DNA of 64,000 bases from Octopus vulgaris (GCA_951406725.2 OX597814.1:121086001-121150000), one strand, 5' to 3'. Numbered from the stretch's first letter, positions 1 to 14,639 are shown. The notes: generated from the sequence alone by a model not told the origin. Numbers and translations are program-made.

Positions 1-75
1 TATATGTGTATGTGCGTGTATGCGTATACGTGTATGTATGTATGTGTGTGCGTAGATTTGTATATGTATGTGTGA

Positions 76-114
<39 letters not shown>

Positions 115-324
115 TATAGATGGGTGTGTGTATGCGTATAAATGCATGTAAGTATGGATGTATAGATGTATGTATGTATGTATACGTATGTATGTGTGTA
201 TGTGTGTATGTATATATATGCGTGTGTATATATGTTTGGGTATGTATATATATGTGTATGTATGTGTGTGTATGTGTGTATGTGTGTATGTGTATGTATG
301 TGTATGTATGTATATATATATGTA

Positions 325-368
<44 letters not shown>

Positions 369-827
369 TATGTATCTGTATGTAGGAGTATATATGTGTG
401 TGTGTGTATGTATGTGCGGGTATATATATATATATATATATATGTATATTTATTGGTGTATATGTATAGACTAGCCTCCTAAAGTGTAGACACGAATCTG
501 TAGGTACGAGTACGTATGTGTATATACGTGAACGTATGTAGATGTTTGTATGTATGAATATAACGCGTGCGTACGTGTATGTGTATGAGTGTACGAATGG
601 GTGAATGTACGTGCTAATGAGTGTGCGTGCGGGAATGAGTACTTGCCTTCTAGTAGACAGACAAACGGACAAGCAGCTATTGCCAGGATTCTTAGCCTTA
701 GCGATCAAAGATAACAAAAGTAATAAATGAAGATAATAAAATTAAAATTAGGGAATGGGCCTGTATTGGATTGTATATATATGTATGTATATGTATATTT
801 GTATGTATGTATGTGTGTATGTGTAGG

Positions 828-884
<57 letters not shown>

Positions 885-945
885 AGATATATGTGTATGT
901 GCGTATGTGTGTGTAGATACGTATACATGTGTGTATAGGTATAAG
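1..945. repeat. Compound (TG)n/(TA)n/(TATG)n microsatellite region
   Basis: Read directly; it explains the Y/I/V/C/M-rich pseudo-ORFs. Confidence 0.95.
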
Positions 946-982
946 TGAGAATCTCCTTATTTACCTATAACTCTTTCCCCCT

Positions 983-1157
983 TTTTTTTATATATATATA
1001 TTTTATATATATATTTTATATATATATATTTTTTTATATATTTTTTTATATATATTTTTTATATTTTTTATATTTTTTATATTTTTTATATTTTTTATAT
1101 TTTTTATTTTTATTCTTTTATTTTATTTTTTTATTTTTTATTTTTTTATTTTTTTAT
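983..1157. repeat. T-rich low-complexity array (~TATATTTTT units)
   Basis: Repeated tatattttt/tattttt units read directly. Confidence 0.85.
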
Positions 1158-1267
1158 TACCTTGACCACTCCCCCAAGTATGATATTTTGCGCTATGCCT
1201 ACCCCCAAAAAAGTCCCCCACCACCACTCCTCTAAATGTATAAATGCTAATACAATTCTTGTTAAAT

Positions 1268-1318
1268 AGCTTCCTGAAGATTTCTCTTGAATGAAACAGT
1301 ACTAGTCCTGTAGAAGCT
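1268..1318 (+). ncRNA. Type I hammerhead ribozyme motif in a Penelope-like terminal-repeat remnant
   Basis: agcttc-CTGAAGA-t.ttc(tctt)gaa.t-GAAA-cag(tactagtc)ctg-TA-gaagct. Stem I is 6 bp and stem III 4 bp; GUA cleavage triplet at 1310-1312; AATAAA and (TA)n follow. Confidence 0.8.
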
Positions 1319-1329
1319 CCTTCTATATA

Positions 1330-2350
<1,021 letters not shown>

Positions 2351-2351
<1 letters not shown>

Positions 2352-2553
2352 ACATAAGGGGGATCAGCCATCTGAATGTGGCTAGGGTCAGGGCGGGGTG
2401 GTGGGGGTGTTACTGATGCATTTAGCGCCAGGCGAACATCAACGTCACCAGAAGAGCTGACACCATCTCGGTGTCCTTGCCAGCCTGCAAAGGGAGCCCC
2501 CACCACCCCGCTCTGACCCTAGCCACATTCAGATGGCTGATCCCCCTTATGTT
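2351..2553. mobile_element. MITE-like element with ~57-bp terminal inverted repeats in TA context
   Basis: 2351-2407 (aacataagggggatcagccatctgaatgtggctagggtcagggcggggtggtggggg) matches the reverse complement of 2497-2553 with one mismatch. Confidence 0.8.
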
Positions 2554-2612
2554 ATAGAGCAGTTACTGTTTATATCTCGCTCAGAGATTTATTATTGTTA
2601 TATATATATATA

Positions 2613-2664
<52 letters not shown>

Positions 2665-2671
<7 letters not shown>

Positions 2672-2871
2672 ATCACGTGACCGACTGGCTAAGCGAGCAG
2701 GCCAACAGAAGAAAGAGTGGGAGAAAGAGTGGTGAAAGAGTACAGCAGGGATCACCACCCCCTGCCGGAGCCTCGTAGAGCTTTAATGTGTTTTCGCTCA
2801 ATAATCACTCACAATGCCCGGTCTGGGAATCGAAACCGCGATCCTGCCCAACCACTAGGCCATTGCGCCTC

Positions 2872-2872
<1 letters not shown>
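2665..2872 (-). mobile_element. tRNA-derived SINE, family C head, short tail
   Basis: Reverse complement matches the 57714 head (ggcgcaatggcc..gttt cgattcccagacc) with A/B-box-like motifs. Confidence 0.8.
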
Positions 2873-2911
<39 letters not shown>

Positions 2912-3122
2912 CATACACACACGCTTATGTGTATTCATGTAGGCATTTATGCGGTATATGCGGCATGTTTACGTAAGTGTATCACGAAATACACGGCTCT
3001 GTTCATATTTAACTCTTTTATAGAATTCCCTCATATTTGTATTTGTTACACGTATGTAAATACATATATACAGTCACATACACACGCACACACATATACA
3101 CGTAAACTGGTATCTGTGTATG

Positions 3123-3161
<39 letters not shown>

Positions 3162-3172
3162 GAGATAGAGAT

Positions 3173-3234
<62 letters not shown>

Positions 3235-4887
3235 GTATATGCATAACTCTAGTATTGACATGGTTTTTGCCGCGTATATTTTCATAAACAACTCCCTAAA
3301 TAGAAGCTTCTAGCATTAGTGTACAATAAGTAATGGGGAAAATAGATATTTTTTCACCCCTCTGTACAAGAACGTGTATCATAGACAATATGTATGCCTC
3401 CATTGCTAAAAAAATAACATTTACATATATTTTATTGTTATTACATGCATGCTGAATAGTGAAGTACACGAAGAAGTAAATAAATATATATATATATATA
3501 TATTTGTATGTATGTGTATGTATGTATATATATATATATATATGTTTGTATATATGTGTGTATATATATATATACACACATATATATATACATATATATA
3601 TATACATATATATATATACATACATATATATACATTTTCATATATATACATATATATATATATATGTATGTATGTATATTCATAAACATCGGTGCCCCAG
3701 CAAGGCCAGCCCCAGCAAGGCCAGGGCTAAAGCACATAACAAAATAACACAATATAGATAGATACGCAGGCAAACACAGACAGACAGACTGACAGACAGA
3801 CAGATTGGCAAATAGATACATGTATGCATCCATTCATATGCTTGCTTGGGCGTGTATATATAAATATATGTGCGTGTGAGTGTGTGCGTGTTTGTGTGTG
3901 TGTGTGTGTGCGCGCGAGCGTTTATATATGTTTATATTTCATGTCACTATGCCTGTCAGAATTTACGACTGCATATAAATATGTCTAAACAAATAGCATA
4001 CTTATTATCAATAGAATCTCGAAAAGATTTGTTTAAAAAAAATATTATATTGCAGCATTCTTCCCCGGAGATACATCATGTCGATATAACAGCTAAACTA
4101 TTTACATTTCTGTTTCTCAGGGTATTTTTTGAATTCACTGCTGCGAAATATTTTCTTAGTTAATGTCCTCGATATATCCTCTGTAATATCACATCCTTTA
4201 AATTTTGATATCAGTACACGAACAAATTTCCGCTCACGCTAGGTGGTGGTGCTATGATGCGAGCAAATTTATACGCTATAGTGTTTCTTCATCTACTGGC
4301 TTCGAGAGAGAGTTTCTGAGAACATAACAAATAAAATATTGTATTTTCAATTTTCTTACATGTATGATGTGTTACCTAATATTCGTGTAAACTGTGTTTC
4401 AAGTGTATTGTTATAAGTTCAGTGTACTGCCTAGTGGAAAAAAATAAGCTTGGCTCTCGCCGCTTTGTGTTGAAGATTATTTTATATAAGTGGTGAATTT
4501 ACATAGTCCGTGTATTATATATCAGTTTTGTAATGATACTTACCACGTCTCAGTACTGAAGAAACCTATGATAACTATTGTTGAGATAAGACAACGAGGC
4601 TCATATTGTGCTGGAAGTGCTTTCATACATCTAGTAATGTAAGGTTTGATTTCGTTAGAAATTGTTTAACAATCCTTGCAGGTCCCGCGCGTGAGTACTG
4701 AATTCGTCGTTGTAAAAAGGACCTCATTTTAATGTTTGTTTGTGGGTGTGAGCATATCCCCGCTAACGTACAGCTGAGGAATAGCATGACACGCAATTAT
4801 TACCGAAAATACTATTGTATACGAACATCAGTAGAAATAGTACAGGATTTTGAGCAATACGTGCACGGATATATAGAAGAACGTGCA

Positions 4888-4944
<57 letters not shown>

Positions 4945-5073
4945 GAAAAGTGCATCCAGCTGTTCAACTTGTGACCTGTTTTTCGTAATTTGCCTTGTAC
5001 CAGCGTCCTGATTTGCAAATTTGGTGTAAAAATGTATCCTTGTAGCTATATGTGCATTAGAATCTATGCGTTA

Positions 5074-5181
5074 AAATTTGAAAAGATATAGAAAATAGGC
5101 AGAAAACCTAATTCGGGGTACCTCCAGAAAACAGTAATCTTAGGGATAGCAAAGATATTTAGGAAGTTTCTTGATATCTAA
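5074..5181 (+). pseudogene. R4/Dong-like LINE ORF C-terminal remnant
   Basis: Translates to LQKTVILGIAKIFRKFLDI*, similar to the ends of the 62519 and 63283 ORFs (QKIALLGTAHILRR). Confidence 0.6.
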
Positions 5182-5239
5182 GTTGACTAATACACAAGCA
5201 TTTTTTTCAAAAATGTGCCATCAGTTATGCGTATCTGAA

Positions 5240-5291
5240 GTAATGATAATAATAACAATAATAATATTGATGATGATGATGATGATGATGC

Positions 5292-5332
<41 letters not shown>

Positions 5333-5456
5333 GTGATGGTGGTGGTGGTGGTGGTGGTGGTGGTGATGGTGGTAGTGGTGGTGGTGGTGGTGATGGTGGT
5401 GGTGATGATGATGATGGTGATGGTGGTGGTGATGATGATGATGATGATAATAATAG
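5240..5456. repeat. Compound (ATA)n/(ATG)n/(GTG)n trinucleotide array
   Basis: Read directly; source of the poly-M/V/H ORFs. Confidence 0.95.
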
Positions 5457-5930
5457 TAAGACTCATTAAAAGCAAAGCCATCCCAATTGGAAGAGGAATA
5501 TACCAGGGAAACACACTCTCTTCGCTCCATTTCTGCTTGGCATTGACATCTTTATCAGACATGCCAAACAGAACTGGATGCGGATACAGCTGTTACGGCA
5601 AATCAATCAGCCACCCCTTTATATATGGATAACCTTAAACTGTACACTAGAAATAATAAACAGCTGGAAAACTTATTACAGACAATACGTACATTTACCA
5701 AAAAAATAAATATGAAATTTGGCTTAGAAAAATGTGCCAAAGCAACTTTGAAAAGAGGAAAACAAGTTAAGAGTAGCAACATCACATTAGATAAAGCCAA
5801 TGAATTAGACCAAAGCCAGACATGCAAATATTTAAGATTTCAATGAACTAGATACGATACAACACACACAAATGAAAGAGAAAACAAAAAACGAATACTA
5901 TAGACGAATTAGATTAATACTGCAAACAGA
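5456..5930 (+). pseudogene. Frameshifted reverse-transcriptase fragment of an R4/Dong-like non-LTR retrotransposon
   Basis: GRGIYQGNTLSSLHF (GIFQGDSLSP-like), (Y)MDNLKLY (YMDD-like), MKFGLEKCA and KYL motifs. Confidence 0.85.
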
Positions 5931-6146
5931 GCGGGATGGGTTACTCGACCAGAAGAAAATTCTAACTGGGCCACACCTGCAAGTTCATGTGCTGTTTATC
6001 TTGATGTGAGATCACCATCTCGCGCACATATGGTTGTGAGGTATGTGCCTAGTGTACTCTTATCAGACGGGTAGTCATGACGGGTATCCTGGGCGTCGTA
6101 TATTTTACCCCAGTGTCACTTTGATGGCATGCACTGCTCTCTCAAT
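5929..6146 (+). mobile_element. 3' part of a non-coding (TAA)n-tailed element; same family as 28982-29535
   Basis: Matches the reverse complement of about 28982-29200 (ccccagtgtcactttgatggcatgcactgct). Confidence 0.8.
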
Positions 6147-6159
6147 AGTTATCATCTTC

Positions 6160-6160
6160 A

Positions 6161-6212
<52 letters not shown>

Positions 6213-6234
6213 CATTAATAATGATAATAATAAC

Positions 6235-6307
<73 letters not shown>

Positions 6308-6345
6308 GTAATGATAATAATTATTATTACAATCATAATGATAAT
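6160..6345. repeat. Abutting (ATT)n and (AAT)n arrays
   Basis: Read directly; the two arrays are mutually complementary. Confidence 0.95.
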
Positions 6346-6399
6346 ATGAGCACAAGCTACATGGAGTGGTGGAGTGGTGGAGTAGGAGACCGGTTTGAA

Positions 6400-7195
6400 C
6401 GCAATTACCAATCCAAACAAATCAGGTACTAGAGCATAACAGACCGGACCTAGTGGTGGTGGACAAGGCGCATCACATATGCTATACAGTTGATTTTGCA
6501 TGCCCCTTTGCCTCACGAATAGTCAAGAAGGAATGCGAAAAGATAGAGAAATACATCCTTCTTAAGTACGAAATAGCCCGGTTATTGAAAATGAAGAAGG
6601 TGAAGACAGTGCCAATTATTGTTGGGGCCTTGGGAACGTTATGGGAATGTATCAACAGAAATATAAAGTAAATTCGAATAGAGTGCCAAGTAGAACTGTT
6701 ACAAAGGCTTGCCTCTTTGGTACGGCCAGAATAATCAGGAAAGTATTCGATAGCTGAAAAGAATGAGTAGCATTGTATTGTAGGCTGCAGGTAGCAAACC
6801 CGCTACGCATGCAAGTCTCCAAGAGTTCCGACAAAAGCTGTGATACAGAGAAATACTTATATTAACGGTTGTAATGATACAAGAAAAAAAAGAAAGGAAT
6901 ACAATATCTTAAAATTTGAAATTACAAGAATTTGGAGCAAGAAATCTGTAGAGGTTGTGCTTACAATAATTGATGCATTGGGATCTCTAAGTAAAGATAT
7001 GGACAAATGGTCGAAAGAGATTTGAATAGAACGTCCGTTTGAGCTTCTAGAGAAAGTTTGCCTCTTAAGGTCAGGAAAGATTATCAAGAGGGTTTTAAGC
7101 ACTTGAAATACTATTGAAAGGTTACAGTAGCAACCTGCTACACACATAAATTCTACCAGGGATAAGAACAAATCTGAGTGAAATCAACAATAATA
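6400..7195 (+). pseudogene. Two tandem 3' fragments of R4/Dong-like LINEs (RLE endonuclease region plus 3' UTR)
   Basis: HNRPDLVVVDK...DFACP...EKIEKY..LKYEI...VPIIVGALG, then a second copy LKFEITRIW...IIDALG; ends in aacaataataa. Confidence 0.85.
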
Positions 7196-7789
7196 AAATG
7201 CATATATACACCACAAAAGTTCATGCATGGACACGCGCACCTATACTTTTATGCTTGTTGTATTGCTGCATGTTAGTTTCATTCATAAATGTTTGTTTCA
7301 TTCATAAATATGTATTCCGTTCATGAACGTATATGACTTCCGCACACTCTTTCTCCAGTATTGATGAAATTGTCACTATGTTTCAATATCTAACAGTTTA
7401 CTCTCTGGCGTCTCCATTGTTAAAAAAACGCATCCGACTATCATAGAAACAAAGAGCTGCTTGGCATATGAGATGTGAAATATTAAATACCCATTGAGTA
7501 CTCGCTGAAAGAAATACGCTGTTCTTTATATATTCACACATCATGAGATGTCTATGTACAAATACATACGTTTTTTTCGGTGTATTATTAGTTATATATG
7601 AATGCTTGTATGAAAATGTATATAAGTATGTATGTAATTTTGTATGTTGGTATATGTGTGTATTTGCGTGTATGTGTGTGTCTGCATAACGAGAAAGACT
7701 GAGTGAGACATTTACGTATATCGACATACCGGTAACTATGTGCGGTTTTCCTTGACACACAGAGAGAATTATATCTACAAAAATATCAG

Positions 7790-8020
7790 GGCGGCGAGCT
7801 GGCAGAAACGTTAGCGCGCCGGGCGAAATGCTTAGCGGTATTTCGTCTGTCGTTACGTTCTGAGTTCAAATTCCGCCGAGGTCGACTTTGCCTTTCATCC
7901 TCTCGGGGTCGATAAATAAAGTACCAGTTTCGCACTGGGGTCGATGTAATCGTCTTAATCCATTTGTCTGTCCTTGTTTGTCCCCTCTATGTTTAGCCCC
8001 TTGTGGGTAGTAAATAAATA
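7790..8020 (+). mobile_element. SINE family A (tRNA-like head, Nin/Deu-like core, tail 1), full length
   Basis: ggcggcgagctggcagaa head, gagttcaaattcc B-box, gcctttcatcc..ggggtcgataaa..gtacc core; ~16-bp TSD ata(t/g)ctacaaaaatat. Confidence 0.9.
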
Positions 8021-10280
8021 TATAGCTACAAAAATATGTGCGTGTAAACTATAATACGCACACACACACATACATACACACACACATACACACACATACA
8101 CATACCAGGTGAGAGAGAGAACAAAAGAGAGAGTGCGCGAAAGGGAGAGATGGAAATGGAATATCGATATGGCAATAGGTAATATATCTAAACATTTAAA
8201 AAATATATACATGCAATTGAAAATGGTAATATATACTTACGTATGAGTATGTGTTTGTGTGTGTGTGTGTGCGCGCGTCTATATGTGCCTGTGAATATGT
8301 GTGTGTGCATATATGTTTTATTTTCATGTTTATATTGTTCGACGCTATTATAACGCTATATCTACGCAATCTTTCAACATTCGATAGAGGAATTTTTGTT
8401 TTTATATTACATTATGCTTGCAAATTTAAAAGTGAAATTGTTTTAACTATACTGTTCATTGACCATGCAGTCTCTTGACATAACTTATCTGGGATTATTC
8501 TGGAAAAAAATTAAATTTATAAGGAAAAATTGCATGGAATATTCACTGTTTCTTCATATATAGGAAACAAACACAGTGTAAAACAAAGGAAAATATTTCA
8601 CACTTCATGGGCACTATTTTATAAACATCTGCTCTGATTTATTTAATTAAATTTACATATCTGTTGCTAAGGCACAACTGGGAAATTTACGCTGTACCTG
8701 ATACATATGCCAGTAACTGTTTAGAAGAATTTTCAGAGTTATAGATATTCAATAATTGAAAAATCAATCATTTATATGGTTAATAAAATACAGTTTAGAT
8801 CGAAGTAAAATAGATATTTTCGGTTCAACTGAAATGTAAATAGAATGATGCCTATTCTTCTTTCAGTTGAGTTAGATATTTTTTAAGTTTCTTCATTCAT
8901 CTATTTTCGTTTTATATGAAATACAGTATGTCTAATATAGATGCATTGTGTTATTATTCAAAGCCGCTTTCCTTAATAAGCCCTTTTATAGCGGATTACG
9001 GAAAACCAATATTCTCATATTTCACTCCTTTAAAAAAAAAAGAAAAAATCATCAAAGTATATTTTGTAAAATCGGTGAAATCAGATATAGAAATGGAATC
9101 GTGAAAATGTTTGTTCAGCAGCGTTATCAGGTTTATGGTGCATAGCCTGCAGCAAATGTAATCTCTTAACAGAGACCAGCAGCAAATACATTGAAAATAA
9201 GTTTAAAACCGGTTACTTACAACATTAAAAAGACATGTGAAAGCTTCAAATTCTATTTGTTGTCCTTTTCTACGTCGTTTAATCACCAGATATTAAAGAC
9301 TAAACTAAGTCGCCGAGATAGGGGATGAGGAAGAAAGGAAACAAACGAAAGGGAGAGACAGTGAGATTGAAAAAGAGGCACAAACAGCTAAATTCATATT
9401 TTATTGGATAGTATAGTTAAGTAACACCGGAGTCAAAGTTTCGTATCCAATCACAGACATTGCGTTCTGTTATACATGATTTCACCTTTCATGTTCAGCG
9501 TTCGATTGTTATTATAAATCAGTGAACCTGACATCAGACGGGTCAGCTCTTCTAGTGTCCGGGTAGTTCTTCAGTGCTAACTTCAATAGACATGCTACAT
9601 ATGCCATTATATGTAACATTCTATGATCATTAAAACAGAACGGGTGCTCAAAATATTAATGGACTTCGTAATAGGTTCAGCTTTCAACGTGTTAATTGAT
9701 TAAACGTTATGATACTTATTCAACCATAATGTACTTTCTAAACATATCTATGCAAAATTATATGTTAGGTACATATATTATCTTTTTCATCTATCTTTTA
9801 AAATTTACACTTGCATTGGGAAAGGTGAACCGGACACGTATTCATTTAATTATACGATCGTGAAAATTATTACGTTACTACGTGTTTGAAGTTTAATAAT
9901 ATCTTCGCTTTGTCAAAGTAAATACTTGGCCATAGGGATTTAGAAGTTCATTTGCACATGAAGCGCGAGTTTCTCAAACAAGGTGATTTCAGATTTAGTT
10001 GAAATATTCTTTTGCCTACGAGACATGTACAAATCGAGTAGGACAATTTCAGTGATGTACTGGAATTTTACTTAATGAACTCTAGAAGGATAGAATCACA
10101 ATGCAAGTACATGTACGTAAATCAATGCGTTAATGAAGCCGAGTAAATATTATTCTGAATGTCAAATAACGTAGTTACATTATTGTGTTCTTCATGCGTT
10201 GCCTCAGAACATAATCTCAATATAAATTCATTCAGATTTTTTAAAAAGGAATGCTAATGGCAGAGATTATACTAGTGGTT

Positions 10281-10651
10281 GGCACCCAGTGGGTTACGAC
10301 GACGAGGGTTCAAACTGATCGGATCAATGAAACATCCTGCTCGTGAAATTAACGTGCAAGTGACTGAGTACTCCACAGGCACTTGTCCCCTTGGCGTCGT
10401 TCTCGGGGAGATTCAGCGTGACACAGACAGTGACCAGGCTGGCCGTTTGAAATATAGGTACAACAGAAACAGAAAGTGAGAGAAAGTTGTGGTCAAAGTG
10501 TCCAGCAGGGCTCGTTACCAGCCCTACCGGTGACTTGTGGAGCTTTTAGGCATTTTCGCTCAATAAAATCTCGCAACAACAGGTCTGAGGATCGAAACCA
10601 CTATCGTACGATCGCGTGACAGCGGCCCAAACCACTGTGCCATTGCACCTC
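10281..10651 (-). mobile_element. Chimeric SINE: family C head with family D tail
   Basis: 10470-10651 matches the C head; 10281-10465 matches 37210-37390 (ctcgtgaaattaacgtgcaagtgactgag). Confidence 0.85.
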
Positions 10652-10864
10652 AACTATACAAGCGGTAAATAAATACATAATACTAAGTGCAAAAACGTCC
10701 GTATTATTTTGTTACATATTATATTGGCGGATATTTACAAAGCTGATTCACATAATATATTAACCTGTCACTTGATCATATTTTATATGTATATGTACCG
10801 TACATAAATATCCACACGAACGCATGTAAGCGCCTGTGTGTATATGTATATGGGTGTGCACGTT

Positions 10865-11196
<332 letters not shown>

Positions 11197-11207
11197 TATA
11201 TATATAT

Positions 11208-11287
<80 letters not shown>

Positions 11288-11293
11288 GTATAT

Positions 11294-11410
<117 letters not shown>

Positions 11411-11553
11411 TGTGTGTGTATGTATATGAATATAAAGGAAAATACAAAATGTATTAATAGATATTAAGTAAAGCACCACCACAGTTTAGATTACTTTTTG
11501 TTATCCCTAGATTTACACCAGTAATGTTGCAGTGGCAGTTTGGGTAATAATAT

Positions 11554-11638
11554 TAATAAAATAGGAAATGTGTATTAGACATCGAAACGTGTTGTACTTA
11601 ATAGAAGTCTAATACACATTCCATCTCCTATTTTATTA
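11554..11638. repeat. Imperfect inverted repeat (hairpin)
   Basis: taataaaatagga-aatgtgtattagac ... gtctaatacacatt-ccatc-tcctattttatta. Confidence 0.8.
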
Positions 11639-12132
11639 TATACATATTACTGTTGTTATTTTAGTGTGGTCATGCTGGAACACCGCCTTAAAGTGTTTAA
11701 ATCGAGAAAATCGACATCAGGTCTAATTTCTTCAGCTTAGTACTTATTTTGTCGTTTCCCTTTTGCCGAACCACTGGTATATATATATCTATTCTCTTCT
11801 ATCTATCTACTTAATATTACCACTAAGTTCCCAAAATTTCATTCACACCACAAGACACCTTAAATAATCAGCACATGGAATCTACGTCCCCGTAGTTTCC
11901 ACTTGTAATAACAAAATACGAGCTGCTATCGGAATTTACAAATTAAGAATCATTTCGACCATTCCTACACTCGACTTTCCTTGGATAATGGAACTGAAGC
12001 TATAACATCCTACATATGTTTTTATTTTTACTTTAATTCTTTTATTTCCCCTTATTCTTCTTATTTCCATCCTTTATCAAAAACTCCATATACTGAACTC
12101 TACTATTTTCATCTATTTAACTCTCTCACATC

Positions 12133-12180
12133 GTCTCTGATGAAGGGATATACCGAATATCCCAGAAACAGCTGTAAGAT
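12133..12180 (+). ncRNA. Minimal type I hammerhead ribozyme with palindromic stem III
   Basis: gtct-CTGATGA-a.gggata(taccgaa)tatccc.a-GAAA-cagctg-TA-agat. Core fully canonical; GUA at 12174-12176. Confidence 0.88.
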
Positions 12181-12334
12181 TAACCTTCTCTTTATAAATT
12201 TCCTCATAAATGTCCGCGTATAAATGTCCTGAAAATTTCACACAGCCTTGGCTTTGTTATCTCATTTTATTTAACACACACACACACACACACACACACA
12301 GGCACACACGCACAAGCAGACACACACACACACA

Positions 12335-12397
<63 letters not shown>

Positions 12398-12575
12398 CGG
12401 AATGGTCATATTGCCAGTTTAGCCAATAAAAACACACGCACTATATATTTGGTGTTATTTTGCTTCAGTGATATTTATTTTTTACATTAAACTTAATCTT
12501 ATTTCGGCCAAAGTTCTTTCGTCACACTCTTGCACAACAAATATTTAAACGTATATATATATATATATATATATA

Positions 12576-12646
<71 letters not shown>

Positions 12647-12648
<2 letters not shown>

Positions 12649-12810
12649 GACGGGTGTCTTTCAGTTTCCGTCTATCATATCCACTGACAAATCTTTGGTC
12701 GGCCCGAGGCTAAAGACGAAGATACTCACTCAAGGTGTCACTGACCGGGACCTAACCGGGTCAGTGACACCTAATGGCTGTGAAGCAAGCTTCTTTACAA
12801 CACAGCCAAG
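12647..12810 (-). mobile_element. SINE family B, 5' half
   Basis: Reverse complement of the B head (ggtagacggaaactgaaaga..cccgtcgt). Confidence 0.8.
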
Positions 12811-13373
12811 TTAATCATAATACACAGATGGATTAAACTAAGAACTAGATTATATTTGAATGTTGAGATCTCTCTCCATGCATATTAATATGAACACACA
12901 GCATTTTTCGTTTATATAGGAAATATTGTGAGAGGTGATCAATCATATAAGGACAGCCGAATCAAAGCAGAACTGCGAGGCTTTCTTAGAGAGAATAAGC
13001 ATGTTAAGTCTGTTTTTGTTTGTGAATACTTCTAAATTTACTGAAACTTAGTATACATCGTATACTATGGCACTCAGTTGACGGGAAGAATCAGTGGATA
13101 ACTTTTCTAAGCCAAACTTTCTTTGATTTTCTTTGTAACTGCAAAGATGTGTAATATTTTTATGATATCTATCACAAGTGAGGCTAAAGCTTTATATTGA
13201 ATCTTATGAGGGATTTATCGTTTATGAATATGACATATATGTTAGTGAGAAAGATAGCATATGGTTTGTACTAAACCTGCTGAGTGAATATATTCATCGT
13301 CGTTTGGAAGTGAGGATAGAAAACATAATAAGGGATGTCTTTGTAGAAGGTTTAATAGATCTATTGCCAGTAA

Positions 13374-13571
13374 GGCGGCGAGCTGGCAGTATTGTTAAGA
13401 AGCTGGGCATAATGATTAGCGGCATTCTAACTACAAATTTCACAGAGGTCAACTCCGCTTTTTATCCTTTTCGGATGGGTCGATAAAATAAGTACGAGCT
13501 AAAGACGGGGGTTCATGTAATCGACTGCACGCATCGTCAAAATTGTTGACCTTTTGCCAAACTTTAAAACC
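13374..13571 (+). mobile_element. SINE family A, diverged
   Basis: ggcggcgagctggcag head and gggtcgataaaataagtac core. Confidence 0.75.
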
Positions 13572-14185
13572 GATATATCTATTTCTATCTCTAATGATAA
13601 CAAAACCAGTTAGCTTAATCTAAAAATCATGATATGACAGTATGTGCGAATTTGTTCTTTTTAATGCTGTACATTTTGAGCGGATATCAGCTGACCCAAT
13701 GAATGGAAATGAAAATAGAGACCTTGATAAGTGGTGCGCTCAAGTAATGGAAACATATAAATGGTATTTATTGTATACGCGTATCTGATAGGAATGGTAG
13801 AGGAATTGACTAAAAATTACTAGTGACTGGCAGCAGAATTTTGCAAACAATTTTGTGATAGCAACCAAGGTATTATTATGGTATAGCTCTCGGACATGTA
13901 ATAGTTGATGTCAAGGAAAACTAATGGTTCAGAAAATGGAGATTCATAATACACTTCATTACATAAGACAACGATGAGGGTGAAAATGTTTACGTTTACT
14001 GAAGACTATTTGCAAGGAAGAGGAAACGTAAAATAAGTCGGAAAATAACGAGGAGCATCATGCTGTTATCATGTGCTGAGCAGTATTCTATGCTGCCTTA
14101 TTAAAATATATCATCCCGAGTACAAATATTTCTGAAATAGCACTCAGTGAGTTGGGTAACGTGGACAGATGGATATATTTATATT

Positions 14186-14260
<75 letters not shown>

Positions 14261-14271
14261 ACCTATATATG

Positions 14272-14317
<46 letters not shown>

Positions 14318-14333
14318 CATATATGTATACCTA

Positions 14334-14388
<55 letters not shown>

Positions 14389-14604
14389 ATGTATGTATGT
14401 GTGTATATATATATATGTATATGTATATAAACAACTTAAAAACAAGGGCAAAAGAAAAAATTTCTAATGCTAAATATGCCGAAAATAGACAAATTGTCAA
14501 TAACCATATAATTTATCACTATAAACACGCATTTCGAAACAAGCCGACAGAAATTTCTAAAAAATTGCGTTATTATCGTATCGGTCCCAATATCAGAGTT
14601 AATG

Positions 14605-14639
<35 letters not shown>

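Noticed and set aside
13141-13990. Possible ancient APE-endonuclease LINE remnants (also about 17330-18050 and 38200-38700)
   Set aside because: Only compositional hints and fragmentary motifs; too decayed to call.
13996-14035. CTGAAGA...GAAAcgTA hammerhead-like words
   Set aside because: Stem II is only 2 bp and stem I has no closing pair; compatible with chance.
14525-14598. Minus-strand CTGATAT...GAAAtgcgTG with a ccgata/tgtcgg helix
   Set aside because: Possibly a decayed hammerhead, but it has several core substitutions and no stem I.
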